From a virus (Duplodnaviria; Caudoviricetes), in IMG/VR virus record IMGVR_UViG_3300028909_000001: a DNA stretch of 64,000 nucleotides, one strand, 5' to 3'. The position numbers and the translations under genes were made by a program. Each line of letters opens with the position of its first letter. The stretch's first letter is position 1. Shown piece after piece: positions 34,451 through 44,739 of the stretch. Below the pieces are notes generated by a model that saw nothing but the letters and a program-made list of their open reading frames with translations, was not told the DNA's origin and did no database searches.

Positions 34451-37159
34451 TTACATGTTGGTTAAGGTACTGTTTATTTGTTGTAATTGCGTGACTAAAC
34501 TAGCAATACCATTTTTTATACCATCCATATCACTTGCTTGTTTCACAGCACTATCCTTAATTGCCTGACTATCTGCATCAGCTTGGGTCTTTTCTCCTAC
34601 TAATCCTGTTACAGTAGAATTAGAACCAGCTATGGCTTGTACGGTTTCAGCAGCTTTTTTAGCCGCATCTTCTGAATCAAATTCTTTCCCCCAATCTTTA
34701 CCTATGCCCAAGCCAAACTTTAATGTGTCTCCAGTTAATACATATTTACCATTTTTATTTTTTTCATAACCCATTCCAGCCTCACTCTGTATACCATTTA
34801 ATACATCCCAAGCATTACTACCAAGGCTACTAATAGCCTTACCTAACTGACCACCTTCCCCACCACCTTTTTGAAGGTCTGAAGCCCAACCCATCAACAT
34901 ATCATTGAAACCTTTATTCCTTTGAGCTGTATTCCCTAACGCATCTACCGTAGCTCCAACTAAAGGTTGTTTTAAGAAATCAGCAATACTACCTTGAGAA
35001 AAATCTCCAACATAACCTGATAACGTTCCACCATTAACCATATGTTGGGTAGCGGTGAATAATTGCTGAGCTGAAGCTGAATCCATATTAGCAGGATTAG
35101 CTACTAGTTTTTTCAATGCATCAGCACTTGGCCCAGCCTTTAATATGTCTTGTATAGCACTGGATTTTATTCCAAATTTCTGAGCTAAAGCTGCAAAAGT
35201 AGCTACATTTTTAGCAGCTGGTCCTTTAGCTCCAGATACAAGCATTAAATTCTCTATAGAATTAGCACCTGTTAACTTCTGTATCTGGTCTACATTTTTC
35301 ATTATACCAGCAGTTACAGTATTATCTTTTGAGAATCCCAAACTTTCAAACATGGATGAAATACCCTTATCTTTCAAATCACCACTAAACAAAGACTGAA
35401 TCATTCTTTGCATAGTAGGGGCATTCATTTTACCCATATGATAAGATACAGTTTTATCTAATAATATAGTAGATTGTACTCTATTTCTTAACAATGCATC
35501 TTGTTTAGCAAATGTACTATTATTAGCTACCGCATAATCATAAAGATACCCTTTAGATAAAGCATCTTCCCAAGCCGGTCCAAATTCCCCTTGATTTAAT
35601 CTTCTATCAGTTAACAATTGCTTAAAATTACCACTTCTAATCAAACCAGCAGCATATTTACCATAACTATTATTACCATAGAATAAGTTTATACCTTGTA
35701 GTAAACCTTGTACTTGAGCTTGTCCACCAGCTTTTAATATTTCCGGAGCATCTTGAAAACCATATCTAGTAGCAGCAGGATTGTATTGGGTATATCTCTG
35801 CATATCCACAGCATTTACACCAGTTGCTCTAGCTATACTTTCTTGAAATGCCTGCCAACCACCAGCAGTCTTATTACCAGATACGGCATAATTTCTTATT
35901 GCTTGTTGCACAGTTCCATTACCTTGAAAGTAAGTGTGCATAGCGGCTAATTGAGTAGATATACCTTGTCCAGCACTACTTAAATTCCCCTCAATAGTAC
36001 TTCTAAACATATTAGCAGTACCACCTAAATAACGAACATCTTGCCCAGTCATACCAGAAGCCATCACCATAGTCCTTAAAGCTGCCTCACTAGCCATGGG
36101 TCCTAATTCAGCACCACCTAAATGAGATAATAGAGGATTACTTCCTGCTACTCCTTGTGCCTGACCTATAACATTCAGCATAGTATCGTAACTAATACCA
36201 GTTACTCTAGCAGTGGCTTTTAAAGTACGTAGATTATTCTCTAATGCTGTCTGACCAGCTGTAGTATTGAGATTGTAATTACTGTATCCTACAAATGAGC
36301 TTAATCTATCTGCTAATTGCTTGCCACTTAAGTCATTACCAAAAGCAGATCTAGCAGCATCTAATAACTTGGGTATTCCGGCATTATTACTCCCACCAAA
36401 TTGTTCACTTATCTTTATTAAATCAGTAAATCCCTTTCCACCTACCAGACCATTTCTAATCATCTCATCTCTAGCACCCATCAAATTCTCATAACTAAAG
36501 CCCAAAGTATTAGTATAATTTACACCTCTAGTAATCTTAAAAGAATCTTCCGTACCTTTAGATATGCCAGCTTTAGCACCCTTCTCCACAGCATCAGTAA
36601 TTTGCTTAAGGCTGTCTGGGGCTAGTTTAATACCAGTATTCTGTTGATTATAGAAGTACTTCTCAAAAGCGTCTGCAGCCCCTCTAAGCTCTCCAATACT
36701 AGTACCAGTGACTTTACCTAACCCTGCAGCTCCAATGCCTTGTAGGTTAGCGAAAGCGGCCATTTGAGCTTGTATAGGGTTACCTCCTAAGAAAGGCTTC
36801 ATTAAAGTAGCAGCAATACCATCTGGATTGCTCATCATACTAGTAGCTACCGTACTTAGTAGACTATTTTGATTTAAACCGCCTAAATTCTGAAATGGCC
36901 TCCAACTAGCAACAGTATTTCTAGCTATCTGCATCATCTGAATACTCTGCTGCCTTTGAGCCATAGCATCATATATACCTTCAGGAGTACCCGGAGAAGG
37001 TATAGGAGCCATCATATTACCCATTAAGGCTGTAAGCAAGCTACCACTACCAAAAGATAGTCTATCTCCGTAACCTGCCCCAGTAGAATAGGAATGAAGC
37101 CCTGCAAATTGAGCTAGACTTGCAGGTTGTTCACCAGGTAAATATATAAAATGTCCCAT
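34451..37159 (-). CDS. Tape measure protein
   Basis: 902 aa, Ala/Gly/Gln-rich and helical; follows the tail chaperone pair. Confidence 0.75.
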   Translation of the reverse strand: MGHFIYLPGEQPASLAQFAGLHSYSTGAGYGDRLSFGSGSLLTALMGNMMAPIPSPGTPEGIYDAMAQRQQSIQMMQIARNTVASWRPFQNLGGLNQNSLLSTVATSMMSNPDGIAATLMKPFLGGNPIQAQMAAFANLQGIGAAGLGKVTGTSIGELRGAADAFEKYFYNQQNTGIKLAPDSLKQITDAVEKGAKAGISKGTEDSFKITRGVNYTNTLGFSYENLMGARDEMIRNGLVGGKGFTDLIKISEQFGGSNNAGIPKLLDAARSAFGNDLSGKQLADRLSSFVGYSNYNLNTTAGQTALENNLRTLKATARVTGISYDTMLNVIGQAQGVAGSNPLLSHLGGAELGPMASEAALRTMVMASGMTGQDVRYLGGTANMFRSTIEGNLSSAGQGISTQLAAMHTYFQGNGTVQQAIRNYAVSGNKTAGGWQAFQESIARATGVNAVDMQRYTQYNPAATRYGFQDAPEILKAGGQAQVQGLLQGINLFYGNNSYGKYAAGLIRSGNFKQLLTDRRLNQGEFGPAWEDALSKGYLYDYAVANNSTFAKQDALLRNRVQSTILLDKTVSYHMGKMNAPTMQRMIQSLFSGDLKDKGISSMFESLGFSKDNTVTAGIMKNVDQIQKLTGANSIENLMLVSGAKGPAAKNVATFAALAQKFGIKSSAIQDILKAGPSADALKKLVANPANMDSASAQQLFTATQHMVNGGTLSGYVGDFSQGSIADFLKQPLVGATVDALGNTAQRNKGFNDMLMGWASDLQKGGGEGGQLGKAISSLGSNAWDVLNGIQSEAGMGYEKNKNGKYVLTGDTLKFGLGIGKDWGKEFDSEDAAKKAAETVQAIAGSNSTVTGLVGEKTQADADSQAIKDSAVKQASDMDGIKNGIASLVTQLQQINSTLTNM

Positions 37160-37509
37160 TAAGGTTTAGGAGGTTTCTTTGTTAACTTCTTATTAGTTAC
37201 TGCTTTAGGTTGCTGCATTAACTTCTTCATAGCTGCCAAGTTATCTTTGATTGCTTTAATTTCAGTCTTAGGTATATCCTTAATATTAGCCAATTTTTTG
37301 TTGTTGGGCAAAACTATTCCACAATAAGCTTCATACTTATCAAACACATTCTTAGCTATATCTTTGGATTTACCTGAAAGAGGGAGAAGACTAGACAACA
37401 TTAATGCCTGAACCTTTAACAATTCAGCCACTACTTGATTTTCTAGATAATTTACTAGGTAATCCTCCCTAAGCCGGCTAAACGGCATGGGATATTCAAA
37501 ACTAGTCAA
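37159..37509 (-). CDS. Tail assembly chaperone, T-like segment (probably expressed as a frameshift fusion)
   Basis: Only a TTG start; frame stays open upstream through the stop of 37554-38054 in the -1 phase. Confidence 0.7.
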   Translation of the reverse strand: MTSFEYPMPFSRLREDYLVNYLENQVVAELLKVQALMLSSLLPLSGKSKDIAKNVFDKYEAYCGIVLPNNKKLANIKDIPKTEIKAIKDNLAAMKKLMQQPKAVTNKKLTKKPPKP

Positions 37510-37553
37510 GCCGCCAACATACCCTCTAGTTATAGCTATGGCGCGACGGCTAT

Positions 37554-38054
37554 TTAAAAATTTTCTTTGAAACTTTCCTCAGTCAATGCCCTGACTTTCT
37601 TCTCAAAGCTCTGGAAAGCTGCTGTTATACCACTAATTTTGAAAGTAGGCCAGTTATCCATTATCTTGAGTTTTTCAATCAAATAAGTTGTGCCAGTTTT
37701 AAGGTCAGTTGGATTGCTGGTTTCATTTATACCAGCGTTAAATGGCTTTTTATCTAATTCTATTAAACTAGCTGCTATTCTATATTGAATAACTTTAATA
37801 AGGTAAGCATCATTATCCTTGGCTGTACCATTTTCTTTGTCTAGTTGCATTTGTAGCATGACTAGATTGCTTTCAGCCATATTCAATGTCTTAAACTTGG
37901 CTGTTAGTTTTCCATTAAAAAGAGTTTCCTCTGCTACATAAGGTTTATCTGCTAAGAAAGCTTTAAAGAATTGCTCCTTCTCCGCTTCAGTTAACTTCTC
38001 TTTTACTTCTTTTAATTGATCTGTCTGTGTATTAGGTAATATTAGGTCTTCCAT
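37554..38054 (-). CDS. Tail assembly chaperone, G-like
   Basis: 166 aa, upstream of tape measure, ends at a slippery site. Confidence 0.75.
   Translation of the reverse strand: MEDLILPNTQTDQLKEVKEKLTEAEKEQFFKAFLADKPYVAEETLFNGKLTAKFKTLNMAESNLVMLQMQLDKENGTAKDNDAYLIKVIQYRIAASLIELDKKPFNAGINETSNPTDLKTGTTYLIEKLKIMDNWPTFKISGITAAFQSFEKKVRALTEESFKENF
37557..37563 (-). promoter_or_regulatory. -1 ribosomal frameshift slippery heptamer A AAT TTT
   Basis: X XXY YYZ in the correct phase immediately before the TAA (37554-37556); the -1 frame reads into 37159-37509. Confidence 0.75.
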
Positions 38055-38056
38055 AT

Positions 38057-40399
38057 TTAAAATGATTTATAATCTGTGAATATATTTTTAACGGCGAAAG
38101 GTTGTTCTTGGGAGATTAATCCCACTGCTTTGTTTGCTAGATCGGTATTTGATATATTACTTAAAGGTATGGTGATATAGGTTTGAGCATTATCATTACC
38201 TGGATAAGGATAAGTATTATTTACCGGGGTTTCAATCCAATTATTTAAGTTTTCATTTAACAAGGCATCAATTTGCTGGGATACGGTTTGAGGAATAACA
38301 TCAGAAGCTTCCAACTCATAATAACTGCTAGGTAGAAATTGAAATTTGATAGTATTGTATTGTGTAGGAGTGCTAAATACATCTAGTAGTTTAGCTGTGT
38401 TTGTAGCCTCTAATTGAGTTACCACTGCTTGTACCTGGGTTATGAACTTGTTAGATTGAGGTAATAATCCTTCTACTGGAATTTCTCCACCACCAAAGTT
38501 AGCTGCCCCAAAGTATTGTCCTTTAATACCAACTAAACTTTGAGACAATCCTATCATTACATTTGACCCATTACTAAAGCTTATTATTTCCTGGTCTGCA
38601 AATACACCAGTTACATTACTAGATAGATATAAGCTTTGATCACTTAATAGTAGTAGATCATTGGTAGTTTGAATAATTGCGTCCGGAGAAGTAGCTATGA
38701 GTGAATTGCTGGCATTTAATCCTATTTGACTAGCGTTAGCACTTATTGATGAATTGGGAGCATTTATTACAATACCAGATACACTAGATATTACAGTTGA
38801 GTTAGGATAAGTAGATACATTGTTGGTAAAGTCCTGACCATCTGTATGTAATACTATCCCGCCTTGGCTACTATATAGATATTGTGCCAAGTTTGTCTTT
38901 ACTCTCATACCACCAGAAGTACTGCTTAAATCTATATCTTGTTGAGCTGCAATACTTATATTACCACCAACCTTACCTATAATATTTCGATTAGGTTGAA
39001 CTATTAAATCCTTGGCTGGTTGAATATAGATGTTGCCACCTTCCATATTAATAGCACTACCCCAACTATCAGAAAGACTTATTCCACCATTCTTCATTAA
39101 AGCTATGCAACTCTTATTCTTTTTAAAACTAGAACCAGTTAATGGATCTACAAAGGTGATATTATTTAACTCTGTCTCTTTAGTAATATCATCATTAACA
39201 TAGAAATCCTTGGTCTGGGCTTTAAAATTAGCATAACCTATCTCTTCATTGATATAAGCTAGATAATCTTTCAGCTGTAGATAATAAAGAAAAGCTGTGT
39301 CATTGTAATTTGCATCTAGTGCAGTATAAGTATCAGTAAATGTATAATCTTCGGTAGTAGGATAATCTAATAGATCACCAGCATCACCAGTAGGGTCTTC
39401 TGGAGTTCTAATTCTATGTGGTACTCTAATCCAATCAGTTTTCTCCAAATATATACCATTGGCACTTCTAAGAATGAGTGTACCGTCTAATCCTGCTTTA
39501 ACTTGTAGCAAACCGGTATCTGGTGTTTTAGGTACAGTTCCGTCCAAAGTGTGAGGTATATTAGCAGGTTTAACTATTAAAAAGTTCACAAATTGCCCTA
39601 ATTTACCTACAAATACTTTCATTCTTTCCAACATATTTAATTGGTCAGAAGATAATTTATAGAATCTTGATAAATTAGATTCGGTTTGTGGATCGGTAGG
39701 TGATATAGCAGGATTGACGGAATTCCCCATACTTTCATCTGGATCATGAGTAGCGCCAATTTCAAGATGGATTCCTTGTCCATCATGAAATACTCTTAAC
39801 TCACCCAAAGCTGTATAATGTTGAAAGTTATGACTAATAATTCTAACCAAATCATCCAGAAAGTGACATTGAATTTGTGATAGTTCAGAAGCTTTGAGAT
39901 TAGCAAATAACTTAAATAAACCCATCATTACACCAAATTCATTGGCAATAACTTTCTCACCCTGCACAGTATCAGTAGGTAGATTATTATTTAATACTGC
40001 ACCTTTAGTTATATGAGAGGCATAACCAGTTTTATGAACTGAATCATGTACCGGCTCCCTACTAGCCAGGATTGCTTTATTAGCTAAAACTGAGGAAGCT
40101 AAAACACCATTGGATTCAGGACTAGGAATAGTGCCAATTAATATTGTACTATCACCACTTCTACCTTGACACAATACTCTAGAACCAACTCCAGGTAAGA
40201 TAGTTTCATTAAATCCCATAGCTGCACTGTAAGTAGCACAAAGGGGATGTGCTTGATAAGTCATAAATCCAGACTCACCATCAGGAGAGACAATTATACA
40301 ATGAGTAGCCGGATCACAACTAACTACAGTGGCATTAAAAATATCACTATTAAGATAGGGGGCGAAATTTTTACTCAGTTCTTGTTGACTTAGAGACAT
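38057..40399 (-). CDS. Central spike / VgrG-gp5-like protein
   Basis: N-terminal OB-fold (ATVVSCD..LPGVGSRVLC..ILIG) and C-terminal beta-helix-like repeats (GSAINMEGGNIYI). Confidence 0.7.
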   Translation of the reverse strand: MSLSQQELSKNFAPYLNSDIFNATVVSCDPATHCIIVSPDGESGFMTYQAHPLCATYSAAMGFNETILPGVGSRVLCQGRSGDSTILIGTIPSPESNGVLASSVLANKAILASREPVHDSVHKTGYASHITKGAVLNNNLPTDTVQGEKVIANEFGVMMGLFKLFANLKASELSQIQCHFLDDLVRIISHNFQHYTALGELRVFHDGQGIHLEIGATHDPDESMGNSVNPAISPTDPQTESNLSRFYKLSSDQLNMLERMKVFVGKLGQFVNFLIVKPANIPHTLDGTVPKTPDTGLLQVKAGLDGTLILRSANGIYLEKTDWIRVPHRIRTPEDPTGDAGDLLDYPTTEDYTFTDTYTALDANYNDTAFLYYLQLKDYLAYINEEIGYANFKAQTKDFYVNDDITKETELNNITFVDPLTGSSFKKNKSCIALMKNGGISLSDSWGSAINMEGGNIYIQPAKDLIVQPNRNIIGKVGGNISIAAQQDIDLSSTSGGMRVKTNLAQYLYSSQGGIVLHTDGQDFTNNVSTYPNSTVISSVSGIVINAPNSSISANASQIGLNASNSLIATSPDAIIQTTNDLLLLSDQSLYLSSNVTGVFADQEIISFSNGSNVMIGLSQSLVGIKGQYFGAANFGGGEIPVEGLLPQSNKFITQVQAVVTQLEATNTAKLLDVFSTPTQYNTIKFQFLPSSYYELEASDVIPQTVSQQIDALLNENLNNWIETPVNNTYPYPGNDNAQTYITIPLSNISNTDLANKAVGLISQEQPFAVKNIFTDYKSF

Positions 40400-40408
40400 A
40401 AATGATAA

Positions 40409-40448
40409 AACCTAGTTTAGCTATTAAAGGATAAAGCCAAACTAGGTT
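40409..40448 (-). terminator. Hairpin after the tail tube gene, overlapping a sigma70-like promoter
   Basis: 14-bp stem AACCTAGTTTGGCT / AGCTAAACTAGGTT (one G-U pair) followed by TTATCATTT; TTGACA-17-TATCCT overlaps it. Confidence 0.55.
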
Positions 40449-40467
40449 GTTGTCAAATTTCTTATTA

Positions 40468-41004
40468 TTAGCTAGGACCAGTAGGAGGAAAGTTAGGATC
40501 TTGGGAAACATTAATAGGAGACCAGCCAGATGTAAGTAGTTGCAAGAATTCAATAGTAATATTATCAACTACTTGTAGGTCATCAGCGTTACCTTGGAAT
40601 GAGTAAGCAGTGACGTAACAACCAGCTAATTGAAAAGCACCAGTAGAAGTAGAACAATCAGTAGCATTTGCACCACTAAGATTAATATGAATGGTTGCTG
40701 GGTTTAAACAGACATTCCAACCTAGCAATGTAGTAAAAATATCTTGCTGAGTACCAACAAATAAACGGCCAATCGTCATGGTACCTATAGGACGACCTGG
40801 AATTATAACTGCTTGATTCTGTTGGCTAGAAAGTGTGTATCTACGAGACACTGATTGCTGATATTGAAGCTGCACATTAGTAGCTTGATAAATATCATCA
40901 AAACTACCATCCACACCTTCCCATTGTATATAAATCTGGTCAGCTGTAATTGGATGGGTGATTCCAAATTGTGGCTTGCCAAAGATGTCTTGGTTTGTTG
41001 CCAT
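40468..41004 (-). CDS. Tail tube protein
   Basis: 178 aa downstream of the sheath; QATNVQLQYQQSVSRRY..GRPIGTMTIGRL..LAGCYVTAYSF tube-fold pattern. Confidence 0.8.
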   Translation of the reverse strand: MATNQDIFGKPQFGITHPITADQIYIQWEGVDGSFDDIYQATNVQLQYQQSVSRRYTLSSQQNQAVIIPGRPIGTMTIGRLFVGTQQDIFTTLLGWNVCLNPATIHINLSGANATDCSTSTGAFQLAGCYVTAYSFQGNADDLQVVDNITIEFLQLLTSGWSPINVSQDPNFPPTGPS

Positions 41005-41029
41005 ATATTATTATCCTGTAAATATTTTG

Positions 41030-41230
41030 TTAAATTAAGCCTAAATCAGCTGCTACTTCACTAAAATTCTTATCTTCACCTTTAGTAAATCTTATCCAAC
41101 CTTTACCAGTATCTTGAATTTTATAGATTACGTTTGGTCTGCCTTCGTCATCAGCTATCAATAATGCTGTGGCCTCAGTTGTATCTAGTAATACTGGGTT
41201 TTTAAGCCCACCTGCTACTAAAATTCTCAT
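41030..41230 (-). CDS. Small hypothetical protein
   Basis: 66 aa between sheath and tube. Confidence 0.65.
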   Translation of the reverse strand: MRILVAGGLKNPVLLDTTEATALLIADDEGRPNVIYKIQDTGKGWIRFTKGEDKNFSEVAADLGLI

Positions 41231-42888
41231 TAAACACTCAGAGACAAGGTGATAAAGTTCATTGGGTATGGAACCTGCAATGTAACTACAATATCAATCT
41301 GGTCTAGATAAGTTGGGTCTTGCTGAATACTATTAATAGTATATCCGATTAATTGATTACCAGCTCTTTCAGTAAAGGTTTCCAACATGTAAAATTGCAA
41401 TACTGAATTGATAGCAGCTTTAACTCCAAGAACCGTAGCTGGTGTAATGTTGTAAATACCTATGAATGGAGTTAGAGCAGCTTGTAGTGCATAGCTAATA
41501 CTATCTACGTTAGCTGTAATACTATCTTCTGAGAAATTAAGATTAGTATTATCACCAGTTAATTGCTGTCTAGTATAGGCTGTAGCACCTTTACCTACCT
41601 GTGTTACAATCCAGACACCAGCCGCAGCTAATTGATTGAGTTGTGTATCAGTAAAAGTAGACAAAGGTTTATCTAGATAGTAAGGTCCAAGAACCTGAGT
41701 ATTGGTTAAACTCTGATTAGGAGCAGCACCAGACCTCGTAGCAGCTAATGAAGCAGCTAAGTAATATCCAGAAACATTAGTACTAGGTCCAATATAATAA
41801 GTATCAGGGAAAACATAGTGTATTCTACGAGGACCAGTATTAATGTTAATATTCTCAGCTAATCCGTCTGGAAGAGCTGCAATATATGCATTAATTTGTG
41901 TTTGTAAACTACCAATACCAGAAAGTGAGGGAGACAACCAACAAGTACGCCATTTAGCATTGGCTGGTGTACTCATAGAGTTTATATGACTAATAACGGC
42001 AGCACTGATTCCAGAAATAGTTGCATCATTAGTTAACGGTACAATACCATAGTAATTATTTGATTTAGCAGCCAAGGCTAAAATAGCATTGTAGCCAGCC
42101 AAGTTATTAGTAGGAACTGCACCATAATAAACAGTATTGTTATTACTATTTAATACTGCACAATAAAGACCATAAGCTAAAGGATTTGCACTAGGATTAG
42201 CAGTAGGATTACCAAACAAATTTTCGATATCTGTTATTGTGTTGACCGAGCCAATAGCAGAACTATAAGCAGTATTAAGAACAGGTGAAGAACTTATAGT
42301 AACAGTGCCAGGAACTGCATTTACACCACTACCATTAGAATCAGTAACCACCAGAACTGGTGTAAGATAACTATTACCACCATTTACAACAGTATAACTA
42401 GTAATAGCACCAGTAGATAGAGTTGCAGCACCAGGAACAGCGTTATGCCCAGTAGAATCTCCAGGAGCATTAGTTACTGTGATAACTGGAGAAGTATAAT
42501 TAAATCCACCAGAAACTACAGTATATGAACCAACTGCATTACCACTTAAATTTGATGTGATTACTGCACCATAACCAGTAGGATCAGCAATTGAAACTAT
42601 AGGTGGAAGAGTATACAAAGAACCAGCAGTACCCAGAGCTACAGCAGTAATTGCACCTACTGGAACACAATTAGCTGTAATAATTGCACCAGCACCAGAA
42701 CCGGTTGAATCAGTTACTGCAACTACTGGGGCTGTGTAACCAGTACCAGCAGTACCCAGAGCTACAGCAGTAATAGAATTATTAGTGTAAGCGGGACCAA
42801 TTATCAAGGCAGAAAGTGGGCTTACTACAGAAGTTGGCGTATTAGTAAATTGCTGACTAATCTGTAGTTGGGGGACTGTATATGCCAT
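41230..42888 (-). CDS. Contractile tail sheath protein with four inserted GxxYxxP repeats
   Basis: Sheath C-terminal domain (LNQLAAAGVWIVTQ..RQQLT..EDSITANVD..VPYPMNFITL). Confidence 0.85.
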   Translation of the reverse strand: MAYTVPQLQISQQFTNTPTSVVSPLSALIIGPAYTNNSITAVALGTAGTGYTAPVVAVTDSTGSGAGAIITANCVPVGAITAVALGTAGSLYTLPPIVSIADPTGYGAVITSNLSGNAVGSYTVVSGGFNYTSPVITVTNAPGDSTGHNAVPGAATLSTGAITSYTVVNGGNSYLTPVLVVTDSNGSGVNAVPGTVTISSSPVLNTAYSSAIGSVNTITDIENLFGNPTANPSANPLAYGLYCAVLNSNNNTVYYGAVPTNNLAGYNAILALAAKSNNYYGIVPLTNDATISGISAAVISHINSMSTPANAKWRTCWLSPSLSGIGSLQTQINAYIAALPDGLAENININTGPRRIHYVFPDTYYIGPSTNVSGYYLAASLAATRSGAAPNQSLTNTQVLGPYYLDKPLSTFTDTQLNQLAAAGVWIVTQVGKGATAYTRQQLTGDNTNLNFSEDSITANVDSISYALQAALTPFIGIYNITPATVLGVKAAINSVLQFYMLETFTERAGNQLIGYTINSIQQDPTYLDQIDIVVTLQVPYPMNFITLSLSV

Positions 42889-42968
42889 AAAATTATTTAT
42901 CTCTTGTTAGATTACTTAAATGTCTTACTATAATATTATCTTGTTATACTGGCTTAGGCAACTACTTT

Positions 42969-43652
42969 TTATAACGAAATCTCTTCTATTAAGTCCTGCA
43001 CTGCATTATAAATCTCAATAGATATATGCTTCATTTTCAGTGAGTTTCTAGTAATAGACCAACTATCATTATAAGTTACATTAAGCATTAATTGGATGGA
43101 AAAGTTGTTTTTACCTTCTTTTAAGAGTTCAGGAGCTGACATCTTTTCTAGTTCAAATGTTCTAATACCGAAATCTTGTTGAATAGTACGTCTAAAATAT
43201 AATAGTGGTTGTTTAACGTATTCAGCTAAGTTTTCAACTACCTCTACTGGTTCGGCTGCTACACAAGTAATGATGACTGGTAATTTAACAAATACATCTC
43301 TAATCTCTAATCCATCTGGTTGATTACCTGCTATAGCCTGTCTCAGTACTTTGGCCTGAAAATCTGCCTCACCTCTTTGAACATAGATAGCTGGAACCTT
43401 ACTCATCGTCTTAGGTTTCCAATCATAACCAATAGCTAATAGAATGTCACTCTCAGCTTCTATCGCACTATATTTTTGAGCTAGCCTGACACCTACATCA
43501 CAAGGTTTATTAGTGAGCATATACCTCTTTATTATTTCATATACTATTCTAGGTATGGTGATAGTATTTAAAAATAATCTATCATGTTCACATACTTCAA
43601 GTCCATGTCTTTGACTAGGGGTAAGTGCAGTTGAGGTAATATTGTAGCTCAT
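42969..43652 (-). CDS. Tail terminator / neck protein
   Basis: Position before the sheath; PAIYVQRG motif typical of tail-completion proteins. Confidence 0.6.
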   Translation of the reverse strand: MSYNITSTALTPSQRHGLEVCEHDRLFLNTITIPRIVYEIIKRYMLTNKPCDVGVRLAQKYSAIEAESDILLAIGYDWKPKTMSKVPAIYVQRGEADFQAKVLRQAIAGNQPDGLEIRDVFVKLPVIITCVAAEPVEVVENLAEYVKQPLLYFRRTIQQDFGIRTFELEKMSAPELLKEGKNNFSIQLMLNVTYNDSWSITRNSLKMKHISIEIYNAVQDLIEEISL

Positions 43653-44449
43653 AGAACTGGAAATGGAGGAACTTGAATGCTTTGTGTAGTATCAGTACTT
43701 GGTATTAATCTTAGTGTAGGAGATTGTAGTAATATCATAGTAGTACCAGGAAAGTATTTATTTGCCGGGTCTATTACTATGAATCTCTTACCATCTCTCA
43801 TTACTATTATATCATGTTGATCTATATATGGGAACCCTGCACTTCTAATTAACAACATTTCTGAAAATTGTGTCCCTCGACCCGCAGCATCATAATCTTC
43901 TTTAACTTCCCTGTTCTCAATACTTATCCTAGTCAATACTGGTTCATAATATCCACCTACCACACCAGTACCGAAAGTCTTAACTGTATCTAGCATAGGT
44001 TCCCCAGTTATAGGATCTGTTTCTGCTATACAGTCAGTCGCATAGTTCTTTCGCTTTAATAAGTAAACATATAGTCCAGCATAGTTAAATCTTACCTGTT
44101 CCCTTCTAGTAATTTCCGAAGCTAATAGATAGTGATGTTGAGTTACTGAATCTGAAGGATGCCAGCCAAAGAAATTGCTATAATAACATTTCTTATTTAA
44201 ATCTGTTAACCTTAGTTTGTAGAAGAATCCAGGTAGTTGATTCTGCCTAATATTAGTATTATCTATTACAAAGAAAGTAGTACTAGGGATACAATATAGT
44301 GTAGTTTTAAATGATTCATCTTCAAATGCTAGTAGTTCAAAAGTATAAGGTGCCCTGCCATTAAATAAAGGGTCAATGTCATATTGTACCGTAATGACAT
44401 TTCCAACTATACTTAATTGTATATTAATGAATGGATTAGTGTTTAACAT
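43649..44449 (-). CDS. Neck / head-closure-like protein
   Basis: FGTGVVGGYYEP and FPYIDQHDIIV motifs; syntenic position. Confidence 0.6.
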   Translation of the reverse strand: MLNTNPFINIQLSIVGNVITVQYDIDPLFNGRAPYTFELLAFEDESFKTTLYCIPSTTFFVIDNTNIRQNQLPGFFYKLRLTDLNKKCYYSNFFGWHPSDSVTQHHYLLASEITRREQVRFNYAGLYVYLLKRKNYATDCIAETDPITGEPMLDTVKTFGTGVVGGYYEPVLTRISIENREVKEDYDAAGRGTQFSEMLLIRSAGFPYIDQHDIIVMRDGKRFIVIDPANKYFPGTTMILLQSPTLRLIPSTDTTQSIQVPPFPVL

Positions 44450-44738
44450 TTAGTCTAGTAAATTTATCGTAGTATTCTTTAGTAATATTCCAGGCAGTTT
44501 TCCCCTTACTTCTACCACTCATAAATAGGTTAGGATTATTCATTATCTTATCGTGAATCATTTTCTGTATTTGATCCTGAGCCACAACCTTACTACCAGA
44601 CAGTCTCTTTAATGATGATTTAATCTTCTTCTCACAACACCACTGCCTTAAGTTCAATGCAAACTTCTTATCACCTAGTATTTGATTAGTGGTAGGTCCA
44701 CTTTTAGCATTATCTACTATCTTATCGTATTCAGCCAT
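44436..44738 (-). CDS. Hypothetical protein
   Basis: 100-aa basic ORF in the neck module. Confidence 0.6.
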   Translation of the reverse strand: MAEYDKIVDNAKSGPTTNQILGDKKFALNLRQWCCEKKIKSSLKRLSGSKVVAQDQIQKMIHDKIMNNPNLFMSGRSKGKTAWNITKEYYDKFTRLNVKH

Positions 44739-44739
44739 A

